A DNA stretch of 63,275 nt, counting the filler, from Rhabdomonas costata (lineage: Eukaryota): NCBI GenBank assembly GCA_019059605.1. It is 47 parts of 47 records of this genome, joined end to end, with 100 filler letters (N's around TTAATTAATTAA, not from the genome) between each part and the next. Parts side by side here need not be neighbours in the genome. Positions count along the whole stretch, not along the records: positions 37,761 to 39,008 come from JAHMHO010021968.1; positions 39,109 to 40,356 come from JAHMHO010021969.1; positions 40,457 to 41,704 come from JAHMHO010021970.1; positions 41,805 to 43,052 come from JAHMHO010021971.1; positions 43,153 to 44,400 come from JAHMHO010021972.1; positions 44,501 to 45,748 come from JAHMHO010021973.1; positions 45,849 to 47,096 come from JAHMHO010021974.1; positions 47,197 to 48,449 come from JAHMHO010021975.1; 39 more parts are not named here. The stretch is one strand, 5' to 3'. Position 1 is the first letter of the stretch. Every line of letters starts with the position of its first letter. Of this stretch, positions 37,887 through 50,640 are shown in pieces. The translations under genes were made by a program, and so were the position numbers. The notes beneath the pieces were generated by a model. The model saw nothing but the letters and a program-made list of their open reading frames with translations, made no database searches and was not told where the DNA came from.

Positions 37887-38524
37887 CGCTGCGCCCGCGG
37901 TGCAGGAAGTCGCGGCTCATCCGGCGCATCAGCCGCAGAGTGCTGTGGGAGGTGTAGTGGAAGTCATCCAAGTGAACCTGCCAGAGGACGGAAGGGGGGG
38001 GCGAGGCCATCATCGCAATTCGAAAAAAAAATCACTCATCATGTCATTGCTGTTGCGGCAGCTGCAATGGGGCCTCCAATGGGGCTTTCCTGTCACTTCA
38101 AGGCGGCTTCGCGGGGGTTCGAATCACCCCTTGGGTTGGTCCTTAAGAAAGGGACGGTGTTCCCGGAGGTCCATGAAATACACATACCCACACTGCAAAG
38201 TCAAGAAGGATGGCGCAGAGGTGGAGCGTGCGGCGTGCTTCAGTGCAAAAGTAGCTTGCAGCTTGGCGAACCTGAGTAAGGGGAGCGATGAAGATGCGGA
38301 ACTTGGCCTCTTCCGGGATTTGGGCGGTGAGCTTGGGGTTCAGGCAGAAGATTCCTGCGAATAGGACAAGAAGTACCTTTTTCCATCCAACCTTGAACCG
38401 CCACGGAGGTAAAAGAAAAATTAAAGCACACACCTTCCATCACGAGCACGCCGTCGGGTTCCAGGGAGATCGTCCGGCCCTTCTTGGCCTTTCCCGTGAC
38501 AAAGTCGAAGGACGGGATGTCAAC
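37887..38524 (-). CDS. Uridine kinase/phosphoribulokinase family nucleoside kinase (exons 38524-38434, 38354-38272 and 37977-37887)
   Basis: VDIPSFDFVTGK...VLVMEG|IFCLNPKLT...FRIFIAPLTQ|VHLDD...LRLMRRMSRDFLHRGRS matches the EG...LN...ALTQ...RR..RD...RG motifs. Confidence 0.85.
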
Positions 38525-39588
38525 CTGCCCACACGAGCAGCAGCCGTGGAGAGAAGAGCAAGAGAGAGCAGATGCAATGACGAGTATGCGACGAACTCAC
38601 CAGACATGGAAGTGCACAGGAAAAATCGAACGCTTGCGAGCTACGAGAGTCCTCAGTACGTATTACGGTCACTTCCAAGGCCAAAAAGGTCGAAATTCTG
38701 AGCAAGGAATCTGAGGCTTGCTGCCACACAGCATTGTAGTTGGATGGCCACTCTTGATTTCAGGGATAATCCCGCTCTAATGTCAAAAAGTCCAGCAGCG
38801 ACTTAGCGGGGCTTTTTCGCATAACTGAGGCGAATTACTTCATAAGACAGTGCTTTTCAATTCCCTCAGCTTCTGCAGGGAGGAAAGGAAAGGTAGTGAA
38901 AGGAGGCAAAAGAGCGCCTTCTAGGACCTGCTCCCCGGCCATGAGTTTCTGCATGTGTTCGTTCAGGAGGTCCTAGAAGGCGCTCTTTTGCCTCCTTTCA
39001 CAACCAGANNNNNNNNNNNNNNNNNNNNNNNNNNNNNNNNNNNNNNNNNNNNTTAATTAATTAANNNNNNNNNNNNNNNNNNNNNNNNNNNNNNNNNNNN
39101 NNNNNNNNGTGGGTGGTGGATGCGGGGGTTATGCAGTCAAGAGTAAGGGAAAGCTAAACGAAGAGGGCGGGACACCAAATAACGCCGTTATGGGGCATGA
39201 CGCCCCCCTCCCTCCCATTGTTCAAATTGAGGAGGTTGTTGTGTGCTTTGGCATTAGTCAACATAACCGTGATGGATGTTTGAGCGGTTCGCCGCCTCTC
39301 CACTTCGACCAAGCCAGACTATTGGGGTGTTTGAACCCCTTTTCTAACTCCTACACAAACGTGTGGTTCGAGCACTTGCTCTTCTGCTTTTGCCTTTTGC
39401 GAACTGCGACAGAAATCAGGAAGGCCCCTGACAGTTTGGTCGCACTCGCAGCGACCAGTGTGCATTCTTCCCAACGTTACCAAGTCGTGCCACCAGGTGG
39501 GCCCTGCATCTTCGTGCCTCTAATCGGACCCTGCGCCATTTGCATACTGTGGGGGGGGGGGGTAAAGGGTGGCGGGCCTGTCCCTGAG

Positions 39589-40356
39589 CTCCCACGCTAT
39601 CGCCTTTGACGCCCTGGAGACTATTCGCAGCACCATCCCAGGGGGAGCTCTGGTGAACGCCGAGGAAGTGGCCTACGAGGAGTTCGTGGAGGTGTTCAGG
39701 ATGCTGGTGCCCACCGACTCGGAACCAAGCACTGCCCGACCCACCACCGCGCGGGTGCAATGTGCTTTTCAGACCTATTTTTTCTACACCACTTGCATAC
39801 CCCGTCGATGGAATGATTCGACCCTGCTCAGGATGTGGCTGCAAGGGCCCCTTCAATGCAAACGAACATTCTGCCGAAACCGATATCAACTTCTCCAGGT
39901 CACCGCTTTGATTATGTCATTACACCGTTGTCCCTCACTAACCCTAACCTGTTGATCGCGACACCCACCCCACCTTTAGAGGCCTTTGGGCCACCTCCCT
40001 TGTCCTATCCGTGGATGTTATTTCAAAAGACGCTCGTTCATCTGCGTACATATGTTGAGTTTTCATTGCATCGCATTTTTCAGCTCGAAAAAAGAGGAAC
40101 TGGGACGGTCGTGTCCTCCCCGCCTCCACACCATAGCCCTGCACGGATACCTCCCTTTCTCTTCGGTGCAGAAGAAAGAGCGAAACTGGTGTGGATGGGC
40201 CCGTGCCGTTCGTCGAGCCCTGGAAGGAGCCGTGAATCGGCTCCGCCCTGGCCACCAAAGGGCCACGGAAGTCTACCATGCAAAGATGAAGCCCACCACA
40301 CGGCTGATCCTCATCGTGGTGGCGTTGTCGTTGGTGATGACGCTGGCCGTGGCGGG
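39589..40356 (+). CDS. Membrane protein, possibly with a degenerate EF-hand (exons 39589-39754 and 40172 to contig edge)
   Basis: VAYEEFVEVFRML followed by the transmembrane-like LILIVVALSLVMTLAVA. Confidence 0.45.
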
Positions 40357-40461
40357 NNNNNNNNNNNNNNNNNNNNNNNNNNNNNNNNNNNNNNNNNNNN
40401 TTAATTAATTAANNNNNNNNNNNNNNNNNNNNNNNNNNNNNNNNNNNNNNNNNNNNGTTTT

Positions 40462-41704
40462 TTGGGGCAGTGCAACTATGGAGCGGCGAACGCGGCGCTG
40501 GATGGGCTTGCGGAGTACCGTCGTGCGCAAGGGCTTTCGGCGGTGAGCATTGAGTGGGGTCCGTGGGCAGAGGTTGGGATGGCTGCACGGCATAATTCTG
40601 GCGAGAGGTTTGGGAGGTTTGGGCTTGGTGTTGTGAGCTTACAGGTCGGGTTTGGGTTTCTTAATCGAATCTTATGCTTGCGTTCCAGCGCCGTTGTTTT
40701 GGCCTCACCCATCGACGTTAGCAGAATTTGCGGCTCTCAGCTTCCATCAAAAATTCTGGTAGCCGGATTGGCTGTTTCAGTTTCAGGATCCGATACTAGG
40801 CAGCCACAGAGGACTGTTCAGCGTAGTGAAGAGCTGGGTCGTGGGGGTAGGGACCCTCCTATGAGCTTTGCGGAATGTCTCTCACTAGTCACTGCGTGTG
40901 CTGAACAGACTACTGGTCGGCGTATTGGGCCTGAAGATCCCTTGATGGACGCCGGCCTTGATTCGTTGTCTTCTGTTGAGTTTCGTAACCTGTTACAGAG
41001 TCGTTTGGGATCGTCTGTGAGGCTTCCCCACACACTTGCCTTTGATTTTCCTACGACAACCGCGATTGCTAGAATGCTCTGTGCTGATCGCGAAGGTGGG
41101 AACCATGCTGCAGTGGACAGAACTCGTATCTCAGACTCCGTTGGAGATCAGTTTTCGCAAGAAATTCGCATCACAGGGATGGCCTGCAATTTCCCTGGTA
41201 ACAGCACGACGCCAACAAGGTTCTGGGAAATGATGCTTCGGAAACAGGACTGCATTTCCGAGGTGCCTACCTCACGGTTTGACGCAGACAGCTTGTTTGA
41301 AGCCAACACCCACGCATCTGATAAAATCTATGTTCGAACTGGGGGCTTCGTTTCCGACTTGGATTGCTTCGATATTCAATTCTTTGGCCTGTCTCCAGCA
41401 GAGACATGCTCCATTGACCCACAGCAGCGACTCTTTATGGAGGTTGGAACCGAAGCCCTGCTTGATGCTGGCTTCACCGTTTCAACATTAAGGCAAGCGT
41501 CTGTCGGAGTTTACGTTGGCGTTTGCAGTTCAGATTTCGAAGGTGTCGCTGGGCCTTTTGGGGCGACTGGGACTGCCCTGTCTATCATTTCAAACCGCCT
41601 GTCGTTTCAATTTGGGCTTAAGGGACCCAGTTTGAGCATAGATACTGCCTGCTCTTCCTCCCTGGTTGCTGCTGACGTCGCCTCTCGATCGTTACAACCA
41701 AACC
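40462..41704 (+). CDS. Modular type I polyketide synthase fragment: KR (C-terminal) - ACP - KS (N-terminal)
   Basis: KR: GQCNYGAANAALD...WGPWAEVGMA. ACP: LMDAGLDSL (Ser at 40963). KS: ITGMACNFPG, DPQQRL, GPSLSIDTACSSSLVA (Cys at 41650). Uninterrupted across the contig. Confidence 0.97.
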
Positions 41705-42490
41705 NNNNNNNNNNNNNNNNNNNNNNNNNNNNNNNNNNNNNNNNNNNNTTAATTAATTAANNNNNNNNNNNNNNNNNNNNNNNNNNNNNNNNNNNNNNNN
41801 NNNNTGTTTGTGGTTTCAAGACACCCTGGGGAGCAAAGCTCCAGGTTTCTTTTCGTTGGAATGGTCGTCGACTTCTATTTGTCTGCGTGTTCGGATTTCC
41901 TGTGCTGTTTGAGCGCGATGAGTCATGACATGCCATAAATTCATAGGTAATCTTAAAGCAGTACCAAGCGGCCAAAGTTAACTCCCAGCGCTGACAGCAT
42001 GTTAACCTTTGCCGCGGAGCTACTTCAGTCCTGTTTGTTCCGGCACACTACTTCCCAGAAATTCCTTGGGAACTGGGAACTATGGGCATAAATGGGATAC
42101 GTGGGCGCAGACTTATCGGAAAACCCTCTCTGCGTTTCCATGGATTTTCATACGATCCACAGGAGGAAGGGCCTGATCAGTAATCCCACGGATCCAAAAA
42201 AAACATCAATCGTCGCACGATGCCAAGGTGCCTGTGTTGCGGACGAACCTGCCTCATCTCTTCCGCGCGACATAAAGACGAGCACAAGGATGTCATTTGT
42301 TTCGGAATCACCCACTCGGGCAACACCCGAACGTATACCACAACGGCTTGTATTCGACGCACTATGGCTCGACCGTACTTGCAGTTATTACCCAACCGCC
42401 CAGATGACAAAAGACCGTGGACATCAAGAAAACCTATTACAGACCCCCTTTCGAGGCCCACAACCAGACCTATGGGATAGGACGTTCATC

Positions 42491-42519
42491 CATATTCATA
42501 TTCATATTCATATTCATAT
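42491..42519. repeat. (CATATT)n microsatellite
   Basis: About 5 copies, read directly. Confidence 0.85.
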
Positions 42520-43152
42520 CTATAGGAACGAGACCATAAATCATCAAGAGGGGAGGGGAGGGCGGGCGCATTGTGTGGTATACCAAGCCCACATTATTGT
42601 GGATATGGGCATGGGTTGATGACTGAACTTACATGGAAAACGTGCTCACCACAAAGCTGTACAATACTTTGCCTTGCACCGAAATAGAATGCAATACGAG
42701 GGTCTCTTCCGCCTCATCTGAGTGGCCTAGAACTGACCCGATTACGCTGCGAGTTCAACCACTTCCACAATCTTTCCAAACCTGTCTTGGGGCCTCTGAG
42801 AACATGAAAGAAACACAAAACGCTGTTACTACAAGACCGGTGCCATTCGCCTTCTTTCAAGGGAAAAGTTGGGATGGCTCGATCTGAGTGCTCACATAAC
42901 ATATGATTATAGACAACAATCGGCGAGTCCCCAAACACTATAAAGCTGACGCTGCTGAGAAACGATTGTGCTCAAGCAGTGTCCAAAGGACCGTTCTGAA
43001 TCGCCCGCCTGGCAATGCCCTGCCATGCCTTCGCGACATCCACCCCACACCCNNNNNNNNNNNNNNNNNNNNNNNNNNNNNNNNNNNNNNNNNNNNTTAA
43101 TTAATTAANNNNNNNNNNNNNNNNNNNNNNNNNNNNNNNNNNNNNNNNNNNN

Positions 43153-44208
43153 GGGTTTGGTGGTCCCCCAGGCCGGTAGTGGTGGGTGCTGCGGCGGCCG
43201 CGGCGGCGGCGGCGGAGGCAGCCGCATGGTGTTCATCACCAGTTGCTGCGGAAGATTGGGGGTGGCTGCCCGAAGAAGAGGCGGAGGCCGCGGCGCGGCG
43301 GCTGCCACGGCGGCCCCAGGCGGTGCTCACAGAAGTGACCACCGCGTGTCGGGTGAGCTCCTGCAGGCTCTGCAATGCGAAGCGCGAAAACTGCTGCGTC
43401 AAACTCCAAACAATCGATCCAAACAATCAAAAGAATCATTTGCCAGCACCGTTCTAATCGGGAAAAGCATGCCAAAAAGCTTGAGCTCAGTGTGCAGGCA
43501 TATTAATCCCCTTGTATTGTAGATAAAAAAGACCTTAAATGGCCGAAATGGAGTTCGTATCTAGGCGTAAACCAGCTGAAAAGGCGAGATAGGTTCCCCT
43601 TGACCCCCAAAAACAGAGACAAGAGATTGACCTGCAGAGCAATAAGGTCCAAAAAAAAAGGAAGGAAGAAAAGCCGCGGGGAAAGCGCAACCAAGAACTC
43701 AGGTGCGCAGGTGTTTACGGGAAGACACGGCGTGCATCCTTGCGATTGTCAGGAGAGCGGAGAACAATCCAAAACAGGGCGTCAATGGCAGCAGACTCTC
43801 TCTCTCACATACCACCCAGACGCGCTGTCCGGCCCAGCTGGGTCTTTCCGCAGACTCCTGGACGTACATCCCCGAGGACAGCAGCCCCGGAAGCATTACA
43901 ACCGGGAGCCTGGGCCGGTACCCTGCGCCGCAAGACAAGACACAACGCACGTCTGTCAAGTATGCAAGCCATGTGTGGTGTGTTTGGGATATTCCGATAC
44001 CACAGGACCGGGGGTTGGGGCTTACAGAAACTTTAAAGGCAGAATATCTGTGATTAATGAACAAAGAGAAAAGCCCCGCTCGTCAGCTGTCTTCCTGGGA
44101 AAGATTGGGGTGGGAAGCACCCTTGTGGTAAAACTTTTTCCCCATATTCCCTGCGCTGGCGAAGGAGTCACTGACAATATCGTTCTGGGAAATCCAAGCT
44201 TGATCCAC
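43153..44208 (-). CDS. LCAT/PDAT-family acyltransferase, N-terminal exons (44208-44121, 43922-43813 and 43369 to contig edge)
   Basis: GKKFYHKG|YRPRLPVVMLPGLLSSG...WAGQRVWV|SLQEL matches the PVV.VPG..SSG...R.W motif. Intron phases are consistent. Confidence 0.75.
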
Positions 44209-45370
44209 CTGTGCAACAAAAACAAAAAAGCAAAAAACCAACAGTAAAAGCAAAATGTGGGGTTGAAGCAAAACAAATCGTCGTATGGATGTTTCAAAAA
44301 AATAACGAAAAATAATAATGAACGCGAAAACAAAAACGACACATGCCAAAGGCGTAAAGGCTCATTTCAGAGAAGAATATGGAGGAGGCCCAAAACAACA
44401 NNNNNNNNNNNNNNNNNNNNNNNNNNNNNNNNNNNNNNNNNNNNTTAATTAATTAANNNNNNNNNNNNNNNNNNNNNNNNNNNNNNNNNNNNNNNNNNNN
44501 CCTGGAATGGTTCTCTGAAGAGCAACAGGAAAACTTATCGCACAACAACTTGAATCACACTGTAAAGAAAGTCAACCCAGGGAATCAGAAAGACAGTTTC
44601 GCCTGAGGTAAAGCCATAGGGCAATAGTGAAAACAAAATAAACTGACAAACGAAAGACCGAAGAATGGAATACGATGAAAGCAAAACGATTCATAACACG
44701 GGCAGGCATAGACCTGCCTCCAGGGGCCCAACCTGTCTCGCAAGTTCAACAGCGCCCCAATTAAGCATGACATCAATGATACGATGCAATGGTTAAAACC
44801 CGTGCAGACGCGCACACGGAATGCACTTCCTTTTGGCCCGGTGAATCCTGCTGCTCTTTTTTTCTTGCAGCAGCTGTCTTTCTCCTCGGGCCAGCCCACC
44901 ACGAAAAGAAATCAAAGCACGAGATTCCGAGCAAAATGGAACCCGCGAGTTCCATGAGCAACGGGAACAACGCGCGGACACACATAGCAGGGCAGAGCGG
45001 AAGATTTCGCTCGACTAAAGAAACTATTCAGGATTGCGACGACTAAACAAATTGGTCGGCTGCGAAAAAAACGACGACTAAAGAACCAATTCCGCCGATT
45101 TCTGCGGGCACCTGCCGCACTTCCAAGCTTTGCACACAGAGAGAGGTTGACATTGCCCAATCCCGCGATTCCAATAGAGTTGCAGGGAGTTCGGCTGCGA
45201 TCCATGCTTCCCGCGGGATTCTAACAGAATATTTCCAGGGGGTTAGGTTACCATGCGCATGCTCCCTGGGATTCAAACAGCATAGCCCCCCAGGAAAGTA
45301 AAGGGACTTGTCTCTTCTCTTCTCTTGCATTCCTTTATACCGTCTCCCAGAATTCCAATAGAGAATTCAT

Positions 45371-45595
45371 TGGCATATGTGGAGCAGTGTATCCACCCAG
45401 AACGAAGACGAGCAAACGAGAACCAGTCGATAAGGGAAGTGTCCAGCCTTACGACATAAAATAAAAGCTGTGGAAAGTACACTAAAACGGAATAAGTTCC
45501 CGGGGGGGCACTCCTCATGTAAATCTCCCTAACCCCCTGCGAGATTTATTTATTTCGTCCTCCGGGCAGGTGGATACACTGCTCCACATGTGCCA
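45371..45595. mobile_element. MITE-like element: 225 bp, 27-bp TIRs, 6-bp TSD (ATTCAT)
   Basis: TIRs at 45371-45397 and 45569-45595 match at 26/27 positions. ATTCAT is directly repeated at 45365-45370 and 45596-45601. Confidence 0.85.
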
Positions 45596-46538
45596 ATTCA
45601 TTATAACGTGCCGCTGAACAGTTTCTTCAGTCGTGACTTCTAAACAATTTCTTTAGTCGGTGCTTCCTGAATGGTTTCTTCTGTCGAGCCGAAGGGTTCT
45701 TTCTTTTCTTTCAGGTTTTTGCCCCCAACAGCTTTCGATAACAAAACGNNNNNNNNNNNNNNNNNNNNNNNNNNNNNNNNNNNNNNNNNNNNTTAATTAA
45801 TTAANNNNNNNNNNNNNNNNNNNNNNNNNNNNNNNNNNNNNNNNNNNNTGTTGTTGTTGATTCGGGAATGGCGCGGGAGTATCGTAGCCTGAACTTTTCT
45901 AACTGGCCAACTGATGGGGCAGAACAGTGCTCCCCGTGCCGATGCTCTTTCCCTTCCTCGCTGAAAGCTGACAGGCGGCAATTCATTGGTCACGCTGCCT
46001 CGACCGCGTCTGCCAATAAAGGGCAAAGTCGTTGTAAGTCGCTTTAGAAAGGAATGCACATTCAAATATGGGAGGGGACGTCGATGATCAAACGGAAAAT
46101 CTGAGGATCCGAAGACACGTGTTGGACAACTCAGGCAGTTTCGACGGCAGCGTTTTTGACAATGTTTTTTTTGCATATGGATATTTTGGACGAGATGGAA
46201 GGGATTAGAGGGCGATACGTGTAGTCAGTAAAAAAATGCAGATTAGGCTGTGGATATGCTGAAATCACCCTTCTCCTGGGGTGCGGAGCTAGGTAACACT
46301 GACAAAACAACCAAACCCTACGGCCATACTTACTGCATTGTAGTAGAGCGTTCCTGGAAAAGCTGGAAATGTCCGTCTGGGGTCGGACCCCCTGCCATTC
46401 AAATTCTAGTTCGCATCGCTTTCTCTACAGCCCAATGCCAAAAAAAAGCCGCTGCCCTGGCGAGCAAACCCTGGGACGTCAGCCCGGCCTCATGCTTCCC
46501 ACACCGATGTGCTCCGTGTACTTTCCGGCCACACACAC

Positions 46539-46643
46539 CTTGGCCTCGTTGGCGAGCGGAGTGTAAATCTGCACCATGGCAGCCACGGTATACTCGTTCG
46601 GCTGCAACTTCGAGGCCAGCAATTCCTTGTAGTACTTCTCCGC
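46539..46643 (-). CDS. PPR-motif exon
   Basis: cag|AEKYYKELLASKLQPNEYTVAAMVQIYTPLANEAK|gtgtgt is 35 codons with a PPR-like P.EYT...M...Y pattern. Confidence 0.65.
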
Positions 46644-48316
46644 CTGTATGTACACATACATACAGAGAGACCCCAAGAGGGAGGTGGCGCGGTGTTTCAA
46701 AAACCGAAGTGGAAGAATGGTGACAGTGGTAAGTGTTACCAGTGACAACAATTTTGGATCGTCAGAGCAGAACCGATGCTGTCCCAACCGTGGTATTGCC
46801 CGCGTCACCTCAACACTGAGTACTTTCACTCACAGTGCAATAAATTTGCAATTTGCAATTTATTATTACCGAAATTGCGAAAAAATGGTCTGACAACAAC
46901 GCTGCATAACGCCTCAAAGGGGGCCGTTTTCCTTGTACATTTTGGGCTTTGCGTGCGTTCTAGCTTTGATCTTGACGCGAAGCATATGTAGCCGGCAGCG
47001 ATTTCTGAAGTGCTAGCCTCACCCAAACCGAAACCCATTCACCCACGATTGAAAGCAATGCAACTGCTTGCAACCGCAGCCCCCCCCCCCGCGCAGNNNN
47101 NNNNNNNNNNNNNNNNNNNNNNNNNNNNNNNNNNNNNNNNTTAATTAATTAANNNNNNNNNNNNNNNNNNNNNNNNNNNNNNNNNNNNNNNNNNNNGGGG
47201 GGTTGTAGTGAAAGTGAGAGTTTACAGTGGAGTCCAAGGTCTGCGACGGCTCTGTTACAGGGATTCCCCTTGGGATTCCGTCATTCCGGTGTGTTGCAGA
47301 GCAGAGGCTATCTCTGTACCCTTCTCTGCCGAGCTTCCCACCTCGTCGATCGCCGTAGGTCACCGCACCCCTTGAAAAAGGGGGGACCCTGTCTGGTGGG
47401 CTTTCAGCTCACCCTCCTCTGTTGCTTCGGCTTTCTTCTTCATCGATCGGCCGTGTTGGGCTGGCTGGTGGATTTGGGGTTGGTTCGGTTTGTTTCTCAC
47501 TCAGATCGGAAGAAAAGCAAAGTCCCACAGAGCACTTCTCGTTCCTCTTGGGTACCGAGTGTGACTTCCGCCCCGCCCCACACCTTCCCTCCCTGCAAAC
47601 GGCACCCGTGTTCGAAGCCATTTCCCCTCTCACACACGCACCTCTTCCGAACGGTGCGGCGCGGCCAAATCCCGGCCCCTGTCCAATGGAAGAGTGCGTG
47701 AGTGCGTAAGGGGGTATCGGCTGCGCTTCTTGTTGCCCGTAAGTATCCCCCCCCTTCCTCAGGTGTCATTGTGTTCCGGTGGTGGGCTCCTCCAGTGACG
47801 CAGACCTCCCCTCCCTAATCTGGCCTTCCCGTGTATGTGACACGAACGCCAGGGTGTAGTGTTTTGCGTGCTTTTTGTGTTGACAGTAAGAGATAGAGTG
47901 AACCGGTGCCCGTAGGTGCTGAGTTTGTAGTATCGCTTCATTCCCTTCCGCTGTGTTTCCACACCGCACGCAAACCCCTCAAGGAGGTCCTGATCTGAAT
48001 GTGAATCATGGGGACGTTTAGTTGTGCATTCTCGGTGAAAGATCGCAGGCTTTTCTGAGGTCCTATTCCTTGTTAGGGAATGTGTTTTGGGTTTGGTGAC
48101 TGATAGATGGTTGCCCTTGGCCTTCGCCGTATTTGTAATTCGAAGTCGTGGACACGGATCAGTAATGCGAAAAAAAAAAAGTTAGGTAATTGCAGTGCTG
48201 AATGTCATTGCAGCCACGAAATCACATCGGTCCTGCGCATCCTGTGCATTGATCCATTTACCTTTACCAAGTTACCATTTACCTTCACCAAGTTGCACAC
48301 CCTTCTCCATGCGCCC

Positions 48317-48317
<1 letters not shown>

Positions 48318-48356
<39 letters not shown>
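48318..48356. repeat. (CA)n microsatellite (others near 17903-17922 and 50150-50179)
   Basis: Read directly. Confidence 0.95.
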
Positions 48357-48358
<2 letters not shown>

Positions 48359-50148
48359 GAGACTGGTGTTTGGGGGTGCGGCGAAGAAGGCACAGATGCG
48401 AGGCGAGCATGCAAGTGGGATGTGCAATGAATGATGTAAGTCGGGAAACNNNNNNNNNNNNNNNNNNNNNNNNNNNNNNNNNNNNNNNNNNNNTTAATTA
48501 ATTAANNNNNNNNNNNNNNNNNNNNNNNNNNNNNNNNNNNNNNNNNNNNGTGTTGGGTGTGGTTGGTGGTGGTGGGAGGGCAGCGGGTGACCGAATGGTA
48601 GCGCGGAAGAAAATCTCCGGCAGTGAAGACAAGGATGATATATACGTTCGGTTCTGTGAAAAAACAAAAAACGGAACGAAAACACACCGCAGACTACATT
48701 GCAAGGTGAGTCCCGGAACGCTCCAGGATGGACTTTCACATGCGCTCATTCGCTCTGGTGTGGCCAGAGAGTTTAAGATAAAGTAATCTGCATTCCAAAA
48801 ACTCGGTCCCACGTTGGTTTAAATACAAACACGGTCAGTAGCCAAGCATCTCAAAGATTCCAGCGTCCCACAAGGCCTCGTTTTCTGCGACAGACAGCGC
48901 TTCTTCCCTTAAGATGCTCTTGCAATCGCGTCAAATCTTCAGGCTGACTACCATTGCCACCGCCAGGATGGCTGGAGCACATTTCCCTCCCTTTTTCCAG
49001 GAAGAAAGGACTGACACCCCCACCCAAACGGGAGCACGGCCTGGACTTCCTTCCCGCCAGGCCACGGTGTGCTGTTGTACATCACAGCAATGCGAAAACA
49101 CGCGGACGAAGACATCGTGCTGCTCTCTCAAAACCCCAACGCGACGCAAACACACGGCACGCACACACGCACAACGCCGGAAACACATCCAGTGGTGGGG
49201 GTGAAGCAGGAGCAGGCGGGGGTCCTAACTCAGTTGTCGAATTGCATCTTAACCATCGGTGCAAAGCCAGTGTGGAAGCGAGGGTGAGAAAAAAGGAAAG
49301 AAAGAGGGCTTTACGTCCGCACCAGCCCTCATGTCAGGGAGTCCCTCCCGAAAAGGTGTGGGGGGTGGCGTACTGCAAGGCAGTAGTGCACCGGTGAGGG
49401 AGAGAGTAAGCTTCAGAAAGTGCCGAGCAGCGAGACGGACAACCGAGAGAGAGAGAGACCAATTAACAGCTGCCCCGCACCGCAATTCTTTCTTTACTGG
49501 AACCACGGCAAAAAGCAAACGGAAACATACACACACAGACCCCCGCGAACACCGGACTTCAGAATTGGGAAGCGTCGGGATGTGACCCAAATCGAGAAAA
49601 CCGCAAACTACTTTCCTCGCCACTCCATTCAAACGATGCCAAGGAGGGCTTTCCAAGGGGAAAGACAAAAAGAATTTCCGGGAAGTGGAGGAGGAGAGTT
49701 CAGGTGGTACCCGCCCCTTATCCACCTCGAAGGAAGTCTGCGATGTCCTCGACCACGCTTCCAAACTTCTCCCACAAAAACCAACCACACCCAACACNNN
49801 NNNNNNNNNNNNNNNNNNNNNNNNNNNNNNNNNNNNNNNNNTTAATTAATTAANNNNNNNNNNNNNNNNNNNNNNNNNNNNNNNNNNNNNNNNNNNNGGT
49901 TTTGTGTGCGCCACGCACCCCAAACAGCAAAGGCTAGACCCGATCGGCATGCGTGGCGCACACAAATTCAGCACCATATTCGTCTGGCATTGTCCTGCTG
50001 GTTCCTGAAACTTCTTAAACTTAAACAGGCGCTACCAAAAGACGAGAACCGATTTGCAGCACGTGCGGGAACGAGTCGGGATTCTCGGGCGTGCGCCAAG
50101 GAATGCAAAGGCGGCACTGAAAGCGGCGGTGCCTCTACAGCCGATACG

Positions 50149-50181
<33 letters not shown>

Positions 50182-50510
50182 CAAGCACACGTGCTCAGCG
50201 AAAGGCATGACACATGAAACCTGCAACTCTTCGGCCCTGGTATATCACGCCGCTGTTCGACCTCGCTGTTCGACGTAGCTGTTCACACAAACCATGCTGC
50301 TTATTTCTCCCATCCTCTTTACCAGATTTACTTCGGGTTGGGTCGGATAGTGCACGGGTAGAGGCGAAATACAGATAATACTAAATCCAACTCTTCTGCG
50401 AGGGGTCAGAACTCAGGTACAGAGGTTCTTCTGCCTAAAGACATTCACGGCGGGGTGCATTCGAGGAACAAGGTGCACAGCGGTAGGAACTCCACCCCAG
50501 GGTGCGGCAC

Positions 50511-50640
50511 CGTGGTGCAGCAGCGCCAGGTCCGGTCGAGGTAGAGGTAGGCCCGATCATACGCCGTGCCCAGTACGGTCCCTCGGGCGTGCTTCAGCAG
50601 CTCTCCAAAGAGGTCGCGAAACCCCGTGAACTGGTAGAAC
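50511..50640 (-). CDS. Exon of a hypothetical protein
   Basis: aag|FYQFTGFRDLFGELLKHARGTVLGTAYDRAYLYLDRTWRCCTT|gt, with high GC3. Confidence 0.5.

Noticed and set aside
38896-39001. Perfect inverted repeat of about 34 bp at the contig end
   Set aside because: Same terminal geometry; probably an amplification chimera.
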